Origin: the human T2T-CHM13v2.0 reference genome, Homo sapiens
Assembly (NCBI RefSeq): GCF_009914755.1
Contig: NC_060928.1
Direction: 5' to 3' (one strand)
Length of the DNA: 64,000 bases
In this document: positions 45,186 to 60,598 of the stretch, one piece after another
How the letters are laid out: each line of letters starts with the position of its first letter
How positions within the stretch are numbered: the first letter of the stretch is position 1
Program-made: the position numbers and the translations under genes
The notes under the pieces: model-generated
What the model was told of the DNA's origin: nothing
What the model saw: only the letters and a program-made list of their open reading frames with translations
The model's database searches: none

Positions 45186-45507
45186 GAGCACTGTACAGTA
45201 GAAACAGAATGTGAACCACCACAATGAAGACCACATATGCAGTTTGTTTTCTAGTAGTCACATTAAAAAGGAAAAAGAAATTAATTTTAATAGTACATGT
45301 TGTTTAACCCAATATATTCAAAATATTATTTTAACATGTAAATAATATAAAAATTGTCATAAGATCATTTTCCAATATCTTTTTAAACTAAATTTTTTAA
45401 ATCTGCTGTGTACTTGACACTTACAACACGTCTCAATTCTGACTAACCACTGTTCAAGCACTTAATAGCTACATGTGGCTAATGGCTACCATAGTGGGAC
45501 AGTGCAG
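45186..45507 (+). mobile_element. MER33-type (hAT-Charlie) MITE
   Basis: ttttctagtagtcacattaaaaag...tttaacccaatatattcaaaatatt...cacttacaacacgtctcaattc...catgtggctaatggctacc...ggacagtgcag. Confidence 0.85.
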
Positions 45508-45971
45508 GTCTGGAGGATGTGAAATCGGGTAAACACACAACCTTTACACCCGAAACAGTGCTGCAGAATTGATGATAATTACTCTAAATGCTCATCTCTT
45601 ATCTTTTCGCGTCTGAAAACTGCTGCTGAGTGTACAAACCAGGTAACAGTAATAAGGGCCAATCCCAGTGGTAGAAATGGAGTTGATATGGTGGAGAAGG
45701 ATCTGTTGACACCAGACCCTCAACCACAGCCATGCACAGCTGGACAGAAGCCCCCTCGGACTCCCAGGGCTGGAGTCGGGGCAGAGGCAGAAAGTCTAAA
45801 AAGAAATACATCAATGTAGTCATTTCAGTAATAAATGCTGTGAAGTAAATAAAACAAGATAGTAAAAGAGAGATGGGAGTACTCTTCTTGCTCACTCCAA
45901 TAGTTGAGTGAGTCATCTGGGAAGTAAGTTGTGCTGTGGAGTGTGAAAGGTGATTTTAATTCAGCCTGAGA

Positions 45972-46255
<284 letters not shown>

Positions 46256-46894
46256 TCAGCCTGAGGAAAATACTTCCTCTAGTCCTCAACGTGACTAAAG
46301 AGATCCTCATTTTTCTTTAAGAGAGAATTTCATTATTTGAAAACACAATGCCCAAAGAAATGGAAGAAATTGAAGAAGCTGGTTTCTATGTACTTCAAAT
46401 AATATTTTGGTGTGAGGCCCCACATGACAACATCTTTCCCCCAGGATACCACAGCTGACATAGCTAAAATATGAAGTATGGCCTAAATAATACACAGTGA
46501 GCTGATAACTTAGGAAATATTTTTTGTTTGTTTTAGCCAAGGCAAACGAATTAAAAATTTTAATGTTTTGTTTCCATATTTGCTTAAGTAAACTTCAAAA
46601 CTAATTACTTGCAAAGAATTTTGCCTCGGCTACATGGATGACCAGTGAATGCTTTTGGGAGTGTAGGACTACACTGAATAATCGAATAAATCTATTGAAT
46701 ACGGAATTAAAAAAAAAAAAACTAAGTAAAAAAGCATTAGAACCACCATACAGCTTATATCTATATGCTTATTATGTATGGGCTGGCTTAGGAGGGAACT
46801 TGAGAAATGGTAACAGTATTTGGTTGATGCTGGAGAGGGAAATTGGACTGGGAAGAAAAAGTAAGAGATGAAGATGTACTTTCAGTGTTCTCTT

Positions 46895-47440
<546 letters not shown>

Positions 47441-47596
47441 TTGGAAATCCAATAGGGTTTGGAGGGGTTTTTTGTTTGTATTTAATCATGTGTATTCTTT
47501 AAAAAAATAGGATTTAATTTCAAGAGATTAAAAAGAAATATTGTATAGAAATGTCTGCAGTTATAATAAGTAGTTCAATTTTAAAAAGAAAAAGTT

Positions 47597-47877
47597 GTTT
47601 TGTTTGCTTTGTTTTGAGACAGGATCTTGTTCTGTCATCCAGTCTGGAGTGTAGTGGCATGATCATGGCTCCCTGCAGCCTTGTTCTCCTGGGCTCAAGC
47701 AAGTAGCTGGGACTACAGACTCACACCATCACACCTGGCTAATTTTTTTTTTTATTTTAGCATAGACGAGGTTTCACTGTGTTGCCTAGGCTGGTCTCAA
47801 GATCTGGGCTCAAGTGATCCTCCCACCTCAACCTCCCAAAGTGCTGAGATTACAGGCATGCAACACTGTGCCCAGCC
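47597..47877 (-). mobile_element. Alu (AluJ-type)
   Basis: Reverse Alu consensus with a small internal deletion; TSD-like aagaaaaagtt. Confidence 0.92.
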
Positions 47878-50800
47878 AAGAAAAAAGTTTTATTATGACT
47901 ACTGTACTGATTTTCAGGAACAGTCATTGTGCTTTAATTCTCTAAGCCAAAAATGTCCAATTCTGTTGGGCAAAAAGACTATGTTGTTGATTGCGCTCTC
48001 TCATATGGTCCCTTGCCTTCAGCCATTTTCATAATCAAAACTTGATGGCAGTATTTTGTTACAGGGTAAGAAACTAAAAATGGTAAAAGCCATTTGTCAG
48101 GGTAAATCTGAACTAATTATTTAGATCAGCTGAAATAAAAAGGGTTACAAAGACAAGTTTTCTGTCTTCAGGAGGGGATGTGGATACTAAAACTTCAATG
48201 GAAATGAAAAGATATGGATAAATTTGCATCTGCCAGATCTGCTTAGGGAAAGCATATACATGAAGTGGAGGAAGTCTTCCCATATCCCTTACATAAGGAT
48301 TGAGATCTGCTGCCAGAGACACATGTTGCAATATCAATAGAAGGTCGTCAAATTGCCTTCCATGAGGGAGTGGGTCTGTTTAATGCTATCATTTTGTGAC
48401 ATTGAGAACACGTGAGGCCACCCACACCTTCTCTGCCCTTCACCAGAGCTGGGGCCAGCCTCTTCCGATAAATGCTAAATAATGACTATCGCTTTGAAGG
48501 TGCACTTATTAGCAAGGGAGTCCATGTGTCTAGGGTTCTTTTACGCCATTACAGTGTATGAATAATGTACATTTGACGGGGGATGATCCTCTCACCCTAC
48601 TCAAGTTTGGAACCATTTGACAGATAAACTGAGGAGTCAGAAAGAGATCCAAGCACCAGATTTGTACTGGGGAGAACTCAGAGAAGAAAGGGGATGCACT
48701 GCTGGGCCTCATGAGTTGGCTTATACTTCACCTTGAGCTAAGCATACTAATACCCAGTCCAGGCAGCATTGAACAGCTCCGCGCAGATCTCACCCTCCAA
48801 AAAACAGGAAGAAAAAGCCCTCTCACTGCAAGCAAGATCCAAAGAGAGAAGAGCAAGGGAGGGGCTGATGTGAGCATGCCCAGATCCATCCCCCACCCAT
48901 ATTCGCCACCAAGGGCGGAGACAGGCAAAGAGGGCCCCTGTCCTGGAAATCCCTCCATGAGGAAGCAGTGAAGGATGCAGGGCCCACTCTGTCAGTGTCT
49001 AGTGTTCCACTGATCCTACATAGTAATTTTGAAAGACGATAGCATGATGTTCCTGAAAGGAAAAAAAAAGTTTCCTCTATGAGGTCATTAACATATATCT
49101 TGAGTGACTTTATTGTCTTCTGGTTCATTTTGACATTTTTGTAAATTCTATAGATCTTTTATTTACTCCTGTGATATATTTTAAAGATCAACAAATGTCC
49201 ACACCAAAGAAAAAAATCACCAGTAAGTTCGTAACTTTTATATTTCTATACTTTTAACTGTTACATTAATCCTGTCTTATTCAAAAGGTATTCACCACAA
49301 AAATACTTACTAATCTTGGTTTCCTGGTATGAACTCCTTGTGCTTCTGAGATTAGAGATATGCTTTTCTTTACGGGTGGCCACAATCAAGAGATAAGATC
49401 ATGCCTAAAAGGACAAGTTAGGAACAGAAGTGTGATTAAGTATATTCTGTATTAGTTTTAATTAGGACTATAGTCCTTTAACAATTTCATCATATTTAAG
49501 CTTGAAAATATACATGATTGCTGATACCACTATAGTCATATACATGTATATATGCACACATACACATGAGAGATGAGACTGTGTTACTCAGACATAGAAC
49601 CACGGGACAGTCAGCTACACATTACTTCTAGGCAATGGTTCATCTTCTCTCTTCAGGGAAAAAGTAACCCTTGTTGGAACCTGACAGATTTTGAACATAT
49701 CTTTTCTTTGTTCTTTGTAATGTTTATCTGTATTCTTGTTAGAAACGACTTTCTGGTTCAGTTATTTAAAAGATTAAGCCTTTTAGTGAAAGAAGTTCTC
49801 ACCTTGGTGTCATCACTTGAGAGGCTAAGAGTGAAGCAACCTAGTTACTACTCTGGGCTCTGTTGGTGGCCTCCTGTGTGGCACTGCACCAAACGTACTT
49901 ATTACTCAGCTGGATGAGATGATCCCGGTTCCTTCCATCCACATGTTCCATGCTTTCCTGTGTATCTCGGCGCACAGATACTATACATACTTCAGTGGCT
50001 TTTTCCGTTGTTTAAATCTTAAAAAGAAAAGGCACATTCTGGTGTATATACTACTTCCCTAAATGAAGGGCCATCTACTATATAAGTCTTACAGTATAAT
50101 CATGAAATCCAGATGTGTGCAACAAACTTCATTATTTACATGTTTTGGAAAAGATTAATAAAGTACAGCAAAATAAGCTCAATACTACAGCTGTACACAC
50201 TATACTATAAAGTATTCTTCTTTTGAAAAGCATTTCAAGATTTTGCAGCATTTTTATTGTATTGGAAACAGTCACAGATACCATATTATAGAAAACTCTG
50301 TTTGACAGAACGCCAGATGAATAACTGTTGACTATACACAGTCATATATAACCACATTGGAAACTTCATGTAGCTATGATAAATTTCTCTCATTTTTTCC
50401 TTAGGAGTAATTACATTAGATAATTGAACTGTTTCATCTAAGAATTTATTTTCGTGGTTTTAGTCATTTCTCAGGGAGGGAGCCTCATTTATTACAGTTC
50501 TCCCCAAGACACACTGGATAGACTTCATCCACTGCTGGAAGGACTGGTGCTGCCCCCTGAGGGGAAATGGCTAGGCAGCACTGTCTTCACTGCATCTTAT
50601 CCTTTGGCCTCTAAGGAATGTCAAGGTCAGCTGGTCAAAAGCTAAGAAGGGCCAAAGCCATTTAAAATTTACAGTTCTTTTCCACGGTCACAAGTCTCTT
50701 AATTCATGCTGCTAGGCTGCATCTCTTGTGCTTGCCAAAACGCATTTTTGAGCTTTTTCAAGAACTTTCTCCTTCTTCAGAGGAGAGGTTGGGAAGGGAG

Positions 50801-51424
50801 TCTGGTGATCAGGCAAGCCCTGCATTCACACCACGGACCCTTTGGCTTGTATATCTTGGCCATTAGCATTTAAACTATCAATGGTAGACTTGTAAGAGGA
50901 AATAAATTGCTCTGAGTATCCAGATCCAACTGTGCATTCCTCACATTGATTGCAAGACCAAAATATGTAGAAAATGTTATTGGCAACATTATTTATTCAA
51001 AAATGTTTAGTTCTTCAGTTATAGGCCTATGTTAATAGAAATTTGAAAAGTCGTCTTTATAGTGTTGTTCACCATGTGATATAATGTTTCTAAATTGTAT
51101 CACATTTAGTGATACAGTATCTCAAGAGATGGAACAGCATAACAGATGAGTAATATTAGTGATATTCAGATGTTCAAATGTACAATCTTGAAAGACTAAA
51201 GAATGAATTTATAGCATGGGCACATTTTAAAAATATTTAAAGGGGACTATTTAAAAATAATCCTACTATACTGCAAAGATATGAAAGAAAGACCGAGAAT
51301 GATTTAGTGAAGGCCACACAGAAAATTGGTGGCACAGTCACTTCTACCCGGGAAAGTACTAAGTAGCCCAGTGGCAGCAGATGCTAAAAAAGGGCTGTCG
51401 GTGATTTAAAAACAAAGCTATTTA

Positions 51425-51720
51425 GGCCATGTGTGGTGGCTCACACCTGTAATCCCAGCACTTGGGGAGGCCAAGGTGGGAGGACTGCTTGAGCCTGGGC
51501 AACATAGTAAGACCCTGTCTCTACTAAAAAAAAAAAAAAAAATTCCACTGGGTGTGGTGGCACACACCAGTAGTTCCAGCTGCTCATGAGGCTGAGGCAG
51601 AAGGATCAGTTGAGCCCAGGAGTTTGAGGCTGCAGTGAGCCAAGATGACACCACTTTACTCCAGCCTGGGTGACAGAGCAAGACCCTGTGTCATTCATGA
51701 ACAAACACATAAGTAAATAC
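51425..51720 (+). mobile_element. Alu (AluJ-type)
   Basis: Alu consensus with a left-arm deletion and a degenerate tail. Confidence 0.92.
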
Positions 51721-52429
51721 CAAACTATTTTTAAGAATTCAAATCCAATTATTTTGGAAATGATTCTTTTTGTATTTATTTTTTTCTACCACAAACGTGT
51801 TCAAAAAAGAGAGTGAAGGACAGAACCATAAGTATGTAGGAACTTCCATACCATGAAATTCTATGGTAGTATTTATTGCCCTTATGTGATATATGTCTCT
51901 TGATTTTTCTCAGAAATTTGAATTAATACTATACTTGGAAAATGTGAAGTAAGAACCTTTATCAATTGGTTTCATCTTCCTGTTCACATTTTGGATATAC
52001 AATATTTAGCTGTAAACACATGATGTTTGTTTAGTAGAGACCAACCATTCATTAGTTTCTCAATATAATGAACGCTAGTTGATGGTACTTACACTGAAGT
52101 AAGAAATTCTGGAAGCAAATTTAATTTCTTAGTTTCAAAGTCAGCTCCTCCAGGTTGCTTTGTACATTCTTATAGTTTTTCCAAGAAATGTTTTTAAGTC
52201 TAGCATATGAGACATAACTACCTAACATTATATGCATGGAATGTGTTCAGGACATAGCCCAGCTGTCTCTATAGCTGTTTTGGGTGCCATTGCAATATCT
52301 GTATCTCAATAACAAAGAAATAGGGCATAGGAGGGGCAGACTTAGAGCCATAGTCTTGAGTGGAGCCCAAATCAGAAAGGTCCTCTGTGTCTGAGGAAGT
52401 CGCATTGCACATGGTAAATATAAGATAAG

Positions 52430-52692
52430 TCGTGGTGCTTTGGTTAGAGACATGGTAACGTCATGGTCATGAGCCAGAGCTCCTCAGTTTAAATCCCGTC
52501 TCCACTTCTTTCCAGCTGCATAATCTTGGACAACTTACTATATATCTTTGTGCCTCAATTTCTTCATCTGTAAAATGGAGATAATAAAAGTGGCCTCTCT
52601 CCTCGGGTTTTTGTAAAAATTAAATGAGTTTAGAGGGAAAAGTGCTTAAAATGGTGTTTGGTACATAGTAAGTGCTCTATAGCAGTTAGCTC
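52430..52692 (+). mobile_element. MIR, near full length
   Basis: gagccagagctcc...tgtgcctcaatttcttcatctgtaaaatggagataata...acatagtaagtgctc. Confidence 0.88.
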
Positions 52693-53369
52693 TCATCACT
52701 AGATGTGGTGACGCTGTTGGTGCTGGCAGTAGTAGTAGCAATAGTCATGCTTGATGAAATTATTTGGAAAAGGCCTCCCCTGGTGGCTTTAAACACAGGA
52801 AATGGATGAATGGATACCCTTCTCAGGCCTCCAGGATATTTTGTTACTGTCTAAGGCCTCCTTTTAAGTTACAAACTTATGGAGTTTTATGTTTTAAGAG
52901 TCTTTTTAACCACTATACTTTTTATATGCACATAGTTAAAAACAGTCAAATAGTATAGAAGAGTATAAAATGCAAAAATAAAAGATGTCCCCCCTCCACC
53001 TCATTCTAGTCTTACTTTCCAGAGGTGAACACTTTAGACTATTTGTTTTTAGCCCTTCTGGTGGTTTCTTTCACAAGTTTATGAACAATATATGAATTCA
53101 TCCATTTATTGATTCATCAACTGCCGATAGTGCTATTAGATTAATTTTTATATTGTTCGTACCAGCAAGATGTTCTTGTTGGGCCTTTGGTACCAACCAG
53201 CTGATAACAGCAATTTCTTGATCTCCCTGTGTCTCCATCTACATATCATAAAATAAGGATATTGGACTTGTTGGTTTCCAAGGCCACTTTCTAAAAAGTG
53301 TTAAGAGACCATTTGAACTAATTTAAGTGAAGAGAAAAAAAAAAAAAGAAAAAAAAAATTCTGAGATAA

Positions 53370-53780
53370 AACTGGTCTGAGGGTTATCTGGATCCAGCGG
53401 CTAAAATAGTATTCCAATTTTAACTGCGTCTCTCCCTTTTTCTTTTATATAAGGAATTGGCTGCTTTTTATGTACTGGCTTCCTTTTTGTAGACCCTTCC
53501 ATGATGGCCAGGAACTCTAGGTGATTCTATCCTTCTAGACACATTTCCCTTCCATCTTCAGTACGAAAAGTCCCAGGGAAAGGCCCTGCTTGGCCTGGCC
53601 TGACCTGGATTATATACTTATCCTTGGATAATTTGCTGAAGCCATATACCAGTTGACTAGTCCTGGATCACATGCTCACCCTGCAACCAAGGGCAAGAGG
53701 ATTGTGACTGGCAGACCCACAAGGAATAGGGTAGAAGCGTATCTGTAAAGGGAGGGAGGAGTGCTATTACCAGATGAAAG
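53370..53780. mobile_element. Degenerate MLT1-like (MaLR) LTR fragment
   Basis: aagtcccagggaaaggccctgcttggcctggcctg...ggatcacatgctcaccctg, reminiscent of MLT1 LTRs. Confidence 0.4.
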
Positions 53781-54699
53781 AAGAATGGTAGAGAATAAAA
53801 ACAGATGTCTGCCACACTTGGAGTTTCAGGAAATTGACTTTAAGAAGAAACTCATTCAATTCTCCACCTACTAGTGAGTCATTACTTGCTTGTAAGAATG
53901 CTTACTGCCACGCATTCAACCATTGGCCTCATTCTCCTTCCAGAAATAAAGCATGAACTCCACCTACACATTCTTTAACTTAGTATCAGCCATAAGCGAT
54001 TCCTGGCAGTACTTCACAACACTTGAAAAATGAATACAGACATCAGTGTGATGTTCCAGGCAGACATCAGTGCTTTAGCTTCTAGCCTCAACACAGGCAC
54101 TCAATGCGGCCTTGTTAGAAACACTCTGTCCGGTCTTTTATGACTTGCTACACTACACAATGGACACACAAGGGAACTGTTTCCTCTCTCTGTATAGGGA
54201 CCAACTTTGTTATCTCAGGATACAGTCTATGTTTTGAAAAAGTGGCTGTAGAACAGTGCAGGGATGGGAAGAATGGGTCCTATCAAAGAAAAGAACTGCC
54301 TAGAGATGACTGAAGTTCTCACCAAGTACTGAAAATATCCCCAAGGCACTTCTCTTCAAGGTAAACATAAACTTATTGCGTTTTTGACTGATAACCAAAT
54401 CAAATGGAAAATGGGCACTGGTACAGGCTGCCACTGCCTGGAACATGATGGAGCGCCTCACAGATGCCAGATTAGGAGCTGCATTACCAGGTTCACAAAC
54501 GTTCTCATTCGGGTTTGGGAGTTTCACATTTTGGATACTAACAAGCCAGAAATATATAAGTACTGTTACTTATAAGAGCTCTGATACATATATATCTCCT
54601 TTATTAGAAGATGCGTTTCCCTTTCCTGTATTCCACACAAAAGGATGCCTGGCAATCTTTTGACAGGTAGTAAGTGACATCTATGTGCAAAACACTGTA

Positions 54700-55500
54700 A
54701 TAATCAAGAAGATAGAACACATCTGGCTCTGGGCGATCTGGGCTGGTGTGTGAGATGATAATGCCACTGCCAAACTGACAGTGCCATGCCAGCCTTGTGG
54801 GCTGGAGTAGTATGGAGGAGGGAGTAAGAACTGCTAGATGTTACTAGGGAGAGCTTCAAGAAGAAATGGGCATTGAAATGGGCACAGAAGGATGAAGACA
54901 GTGGATGGAGAGAAGTTGGTGGGGGTGGCCCTCCAAAAGAGAGCAGTGCATGAGAAGAGGCCAACAGGAAGGAAAACTCAAAATGGGTTTGGGGAACAAT
55001 AAGAGTAACAAACTTAGAAGAATGAAAAGGTAGAGATACAGCAGCATTAGTTGGAGATAAGATTGTTAGGACTGTTTGAGGCCAAATTATGGGTATCTTA
55101 AATATCAGATATTATTTTAGGGAGACAAGTTAGATCAGGGTGAGAGGAGCTCTGTCTAGACATAAGTTTGAAGTGAAGTAGCACATTTATGTTACATGGA
55201 AGTGGATAGTGGAATTCAGGACTGAGGGCTGGGTTAGAGAGATCAGGGAGTGAGAGTGATGCAGCTGACTGACTCCTTGTGCAAAGAGGAGTGTAAAGTT
55301 TAGATCTTGGTAAGGTACCCATATTTAGAGAGATGGAGAACCAGTGAAGGAAGTAAGGCACAGTCCCAGAAGTAAGAGAACAAGGAGAGTTGTTAGTGAT
55401 GTCAAGGGAGAAGAGTGCTTCAAGAAAGATGGAGTGGGTGAGCCCACTGTCAGAGGCTGCAGAGATACCAAGAATGAAGGCAGAGAAAAGCCATGGGACT
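54700..55500 (-). mobile_element. Degenerate L2 fragment(s)
   Basis: Purine-rich L2-like body (gagcttcaagaagaaatgggcattgaa; gagaagagtgcttcaagaaagatggagtgg...tgtcagaggctgcagaga). Confidence 0.5.
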
Positions 55501-58500
55501 GCTGAGCATAGCACAACCCTATCTTCATATTTGAATGAAATGTCAAAGCCAAAACATCCAAAAGAGTAGTGGCAGAAAGAGGGGAAAGGGTTATTAACAG
55601 AACCTTGGCCACTTACCACTGAAATAGTTTCCATGTTTCCTTTAAGGGAAAGCATTATAGCAGAACCACATCCAACTCTAGCCCCATAGAAACTATTTTG
55701 AGACACACAAAACCTAAAAGCTATTTTTGTCTTGATCTGGGTAGAATTTATCTATAGGTATATCTGTCTTAAGAAAAAAATGCAATTGACGTTAGCTAGT
55801 TAGTTGACAGAATATTCACAGAACAGATTATTCACAGAATATTCTTCCTTTTGTAAGATTTACCATGGAATTGTTTTTATCTGCCTCTCGAATGCCTTTA
55901 AAATCTTCTTCTGTTTTCCAAAAACTGATATATACGTTTTTCAAAAACAGTTTAAATAGGTGTGAAAACAGCATATGCATAAGGTTAATATATGCACACA
56001 CACAAATAAGTACCATACTTGGACTTGTTTAGTTGTCCAAGTTTACCAGTGTCTTTGAAATCAGGTTCTTTATAATATTTAAATCTTACAGGGCTAAAGA
56101 GGACAGGTCATAAAATCTAAAAGTTTATTAGGACCTTAAAGTTGAAAAACTACCCCAGAAAGGATAAATAAAATATCCAAAGTCATAAACAGAACGTGGC
56201 AGAGCAGGAGCCACACTATTTGAACGTTTCTCTACTGGGCTGACTCCATGTTTTTACTTGTAAATAACCTGCATGATAGTGGCTTTATTTCTAAGAATAC
56301 TCTCTTAGGAAAATGCAATTGTGTGTTGCTGAATGCCATAGAGCTTGATGGAACAGGGAGTTTTACATTGTATAGAAATCTAGGGATTTGACTTCAACAG
56401 ATATTTATTGAGTGGCTTCCCTGTGAGTAAAGAGGAAGATACTGAAAATGGAGGGCTCAGCGAAGTGGGAGGATTGCTACTTTTTGTAAAGCCATTTGGG
56501 GAGTAGATAATGGTTATTTGTTTGGAAAGAGATGACACTCTGCCCTTAGTAGTAATCGACTCTTATAAATACTGACTGCATACCACTGTTTTGGATGTAT
56601 TCAACCCAGCAAGCATAAGCTATGATGGGACTGACACAAGGGATGGCACCAGCCATTGTGTGATGAATGAAAATGAAAAGTTGGGGAAACATTAACCATA
56701 TGAAACCTTAAAATATGCCAAATTCGTCATTTCATTGGAAGACAGAAAGTGAAATATCTGTCTGTCCTTTCTTCCCTAATTCTTCAAAATCTCAGAGAAA
56801 TTTTATACTTAAGACCTTAAAGTTTCTCAACATCTGTCTCACAGGGAGCTTTTCCTTGGTGTTTCAATTAGAAATGAGATCACTGATTTTGCTTCAAGCA
56901 TTGAAAAAAAAAAGGTTGAAAAACAGATTTTTTCTTCAAAAATGTACTTTGTCTATGTTAAGAATTGAAACCAAACATTTTCTATTAGGAACAGTCGGTA
57001 TTAATTCATTTTAATGTCCACTAAATTAGCATAGTTTTTATAAGAATCAACTAATATCTTCCTGCTGTTTTCACTGGCCTTCACATCAGTAGAAATGAAA
57101 ATCATTTTGGGCATTTAACTGTGATGCAGAGTCAACTCTTTTAGAAGCTGACTTCGGATTCCTCCCCCAAAAAGAGGCTGGGACTGAAGCGCCAGCATTC
57201 TGTGTTAGATTCCTCAGGCACATCACAACTGCAGGCACTGGCAAAGCCTGTCCCTTATCATATGCAATTTATGTCAGGCTACAAATCCTGCTCTTCTGGT
57301 GGGGCTATAAATTCTTTGGACCACATCCTGCAGCCCTCTCAGAGCCAAAGTGACCATTTACCCCACAGAGAGTTGGATCTCCACAGACCTCCTAGATGAG
57401 ACATCTCAACATCTGGAAGCCAGCGGCAGGAGTCAACTTATGAGAAACAGTTCACATTGCTACTGACCCTTGAAGAGCACCATCTCCCCTACCTCTCATT
57501 CCTATTCTTCATGTTACATGAGAGACTCAGCCATCCTTTGATATTCCAGAGAAGTTCCCAGGAGGATTAGGAATTGGTCATCAGTTGCTCCTTCTCTCTC
57601 TCTCTATCGGTACGTGGAATGACTTCAAATAGAGATCAACTTTATGCATTAAGACATACAAAGCTACTGTTTTTCTGTGGCAGAGCCAAATATGGCTCTT
57701 ATTCTAAGTACAAAGGAAAAGTCTCTCTAAAAGAGACTCAAGTCATGTGCTGATTTCACTCAGGTCACTTCTCCCTTGAGCCCTCCTCCATAATTGTGTT
57801 CAGTTCTGGCTTTGTTTGGAAAGTCAGCACAATTTACAAAAGGTTCAGAATGCATTAAAGGTCAAAAAATAGGGCTTTGTAAAGAAACCTATGTCCTTTT
57901 GCAATACATTTTAAACTTATACATAATCCCAAGCAGTAATCAATTTTAATTCTAGCATTTTTTTGTTTATGGTACTTTGTAGAAAATCCAGATTTTTATC
58001 CCTGCCTTCTCCCCCAACCTTAGGGGAATGTATTTGAATTATTTTTGCACTCACAACCTCCCATAAGCCCAGTGCAATACATTCTCATTTGTCTTTTATT
58101 AATCCTTACTGTGTAAATAAATGATCATTCTTAAGATTGGGATTTATATATACCTTTTCCTAAGGGGCAATCATAAGTTAGTGCTAAACAAATCAAGTTG
58201 TTAGATATTGACCTTCATGCAGTGGACCTAGCTTCTGTGATATGAAGATATCAATTGAGCTCTGAGTAATAGAATTTTAAAAGACAATTGAAGCATTACT
58301 ATAATAAAGTTATAGATGGAACTGAATCGGTACTACCTGAGTGGGAAGCCCTTGTAGGAGTTTTATTTTCTATTTTATACATTCCCAGAATTGATACATT
58401 GAAGTCTCATGCATATGATACTGAGCTAATCTTAGCCAGATGGGAATATATTGTGGAAACACCTAGCAGCTTACCCCTAATTCACTTACCTACCTTCATT

Positions 58501-59119
58501 TGAAAATTCTTAAGATTTCCCAGTCCAATATGGGACCCTCCTAGTATAGGAATGTCCTACTGAATATGCCTGATGAACCCAATGGGGTACAGAATTGCAG
58601 TAAGAAATTTATATCATTGTTGTCATTGACAGTGATGAGTCCACCATGTTTAGTGTTTGGCCAGGTGCTGTGAGGATGCCGAAAGTTACCCTCCTTACTT
58701 TTAAAGTGCTTATAAATATCAGGACCAGAGGAGCTTATGGTTCAGAGGGTGCAGTCTTGCAACTCTTCATACAATGGCTTCTGTCATACAATCAAATATT
58801 AAAGAAAGCATATAAACCAACAGCATATTTATTCATAGATCACAAATGTTTTTCAGCTTTGTGATCTCAAGAGTTTTTCTAGACAATTACGAATACCCCA
58901 TCTTTATTATGAGCAGGGGATAAATTACTTGCAATCCAGATATTGCTCCAGAGAGACATATCAGGAATTTCCAATTTACATAAAAGTTGTTTTCCAGAAG
59001 TTTACTTTCACATCATTTATTTTAAACTTGGGTTGCAGTTTCCCAGAGAAAAAGTGGTATGTAGTAATAATAGCCAACATTTTAACAAACGTTTTTTGTT
59101 TACTGAGCACTCTATAGAG

Positions 59120-59300
59120 AATGATGTGGCACCAGGCTTTCTGAGCCAGCCAGCACTTCACATCCAGGTTCTGCCCTTGGACACATTACTTGACCTCACT
59201 AACTGATGGTGAATTTTTTAAATGGGGATAACCATCCCTGCCTCCTAGGGTTGGTGTGTGTCTCCAGTGCTAGGCACGTGATAAGTGCCCTATGGCTTCG
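59120..59300 (+). mobile_element. MIR
   Basis: ccttggacacattacttgacctc...taaatggggataacc...cctagggttggtgtg. Confidence 0.6.
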
Positions 59301-60473
59301 TGATGAGGAGAAGGCGGAGGAGCAGTGCTAAAACCAGCCATCTTAGCTGGTCTCATGACAGCCCCATCTCCAGTTCCCCATTTGCCCACCTGCCACTGCT
59401 GTTCCCCTGCCAGCCACTTGCAATGGACATAGGTGAAGAGAAACATCCCCTGCAATAAGTAAAACATTGTTCTTGTTTTAAAAGTTCTGGTTTGTAAAGT
59501 AACCAGAATTGATTTGATTTTATTCTGCTATGAAAGATAATTTATTGAGCTCATACTCTGAACCAGGCACTGTGCCCATTTAATTCTCACAATGACCCCA
59601 CAAGCTAGTAGCCGGCTGAGCTGGGGTTCCAAGCCAGTTCGATCTAACTGTGACTCTAGCCCTTTTTGTCATGTACCATTCTGCCACTTGGGACAGTGTT
59701 TTTAGTGTGGTTAACTTTTTCTGAACTTGCTTTAATCTAGTGGTAGGAGAGATGACTGAATTAGAAAATAAATTAGGTCATACACCTCTCCTTATCTCTG
59801 TCAAATCTAAATCTTTGCCCCATCCAACCATCTGTAAAATTATTCTTGTTGAAAGCTTTCTGCAAACCACTGGGGTAGAGGAGTTATTTTCTATAATGTA
59901 TGAGGGGAATCTATTGAGTTAGCATGAAATCAAGTTTGAAGTCAGATATTCTTAAATATATTCTTAAATATGTATTTAAAACCTTAACTGATGATTCAGA
60001 TCCTAAAGGCCCTGGATGTTACAGCTGCAGTAAGGTATAAAAGTGAATAAAGTCCTCAGAAGGAAAATATAGCCACAGATTTTTTTTTTTTAAGTCACAT
60101 TGAAGGTCAGGGTCCTTTTATGTGTTACATGCCTGAAGTAGTGTAAAGAGCAGGGACAGACACAGGTTCTAACCTGGCTCTGCAGGTAACTTGCTCTGTG
60201 GCCTTGAGTGTTACTTAAAACCAGTCTTCCCATGTGTAAGTGGACTGTGCCAGGTCTAGACGGTCCCCTTTCCTTCAGTATCAAAACTTTTAGAATTGAA
60301 GGATGGGCAAGAGTGGGGAATCGCTTAGATTTTTTGAATTACGGGTATGGAGGAGAGCGGGGAAAAAAGAAGCTGGGAGAAATTTGATGGATTACTTGTG
60401 TAAGACCAAAGATTTAAACACATGACACTCAAAGTACATTTGCAACTAGGGCTATCTAGAACGCTTAACTTGT

Positions 60474-60598
60474 CATACTATTTGGAAATACATAGTATTT
60501 CCAAAATACTATGGAAATACATACTATTTGGAAATACATAGTATTTCCAAAATACTATGGAAATACATACTAGTTGGAAATACATAGTATTTCCAAAA
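60474..60598. repeat. 46-bp palindromic minisatellite, about 2.7 copies
   Basis: Unit catactatttggaaatacatagtatttccaaaatactatggaaata starting at 60474, 60520 and 60566 (partial). Confidence 0.92.

Noticed and set aside
55098-55706. 202-aa minus-strand ORF
   Set aside because: It lies in degenerate L2-like purine-rich sequence; no recognisable domain or splice support.
60474-60598. CRISPR-like palindromic repeats
   Set aside because: There are no unique spacers and no cas genes, and the context is a human intron; it is a tandem minisatellite.
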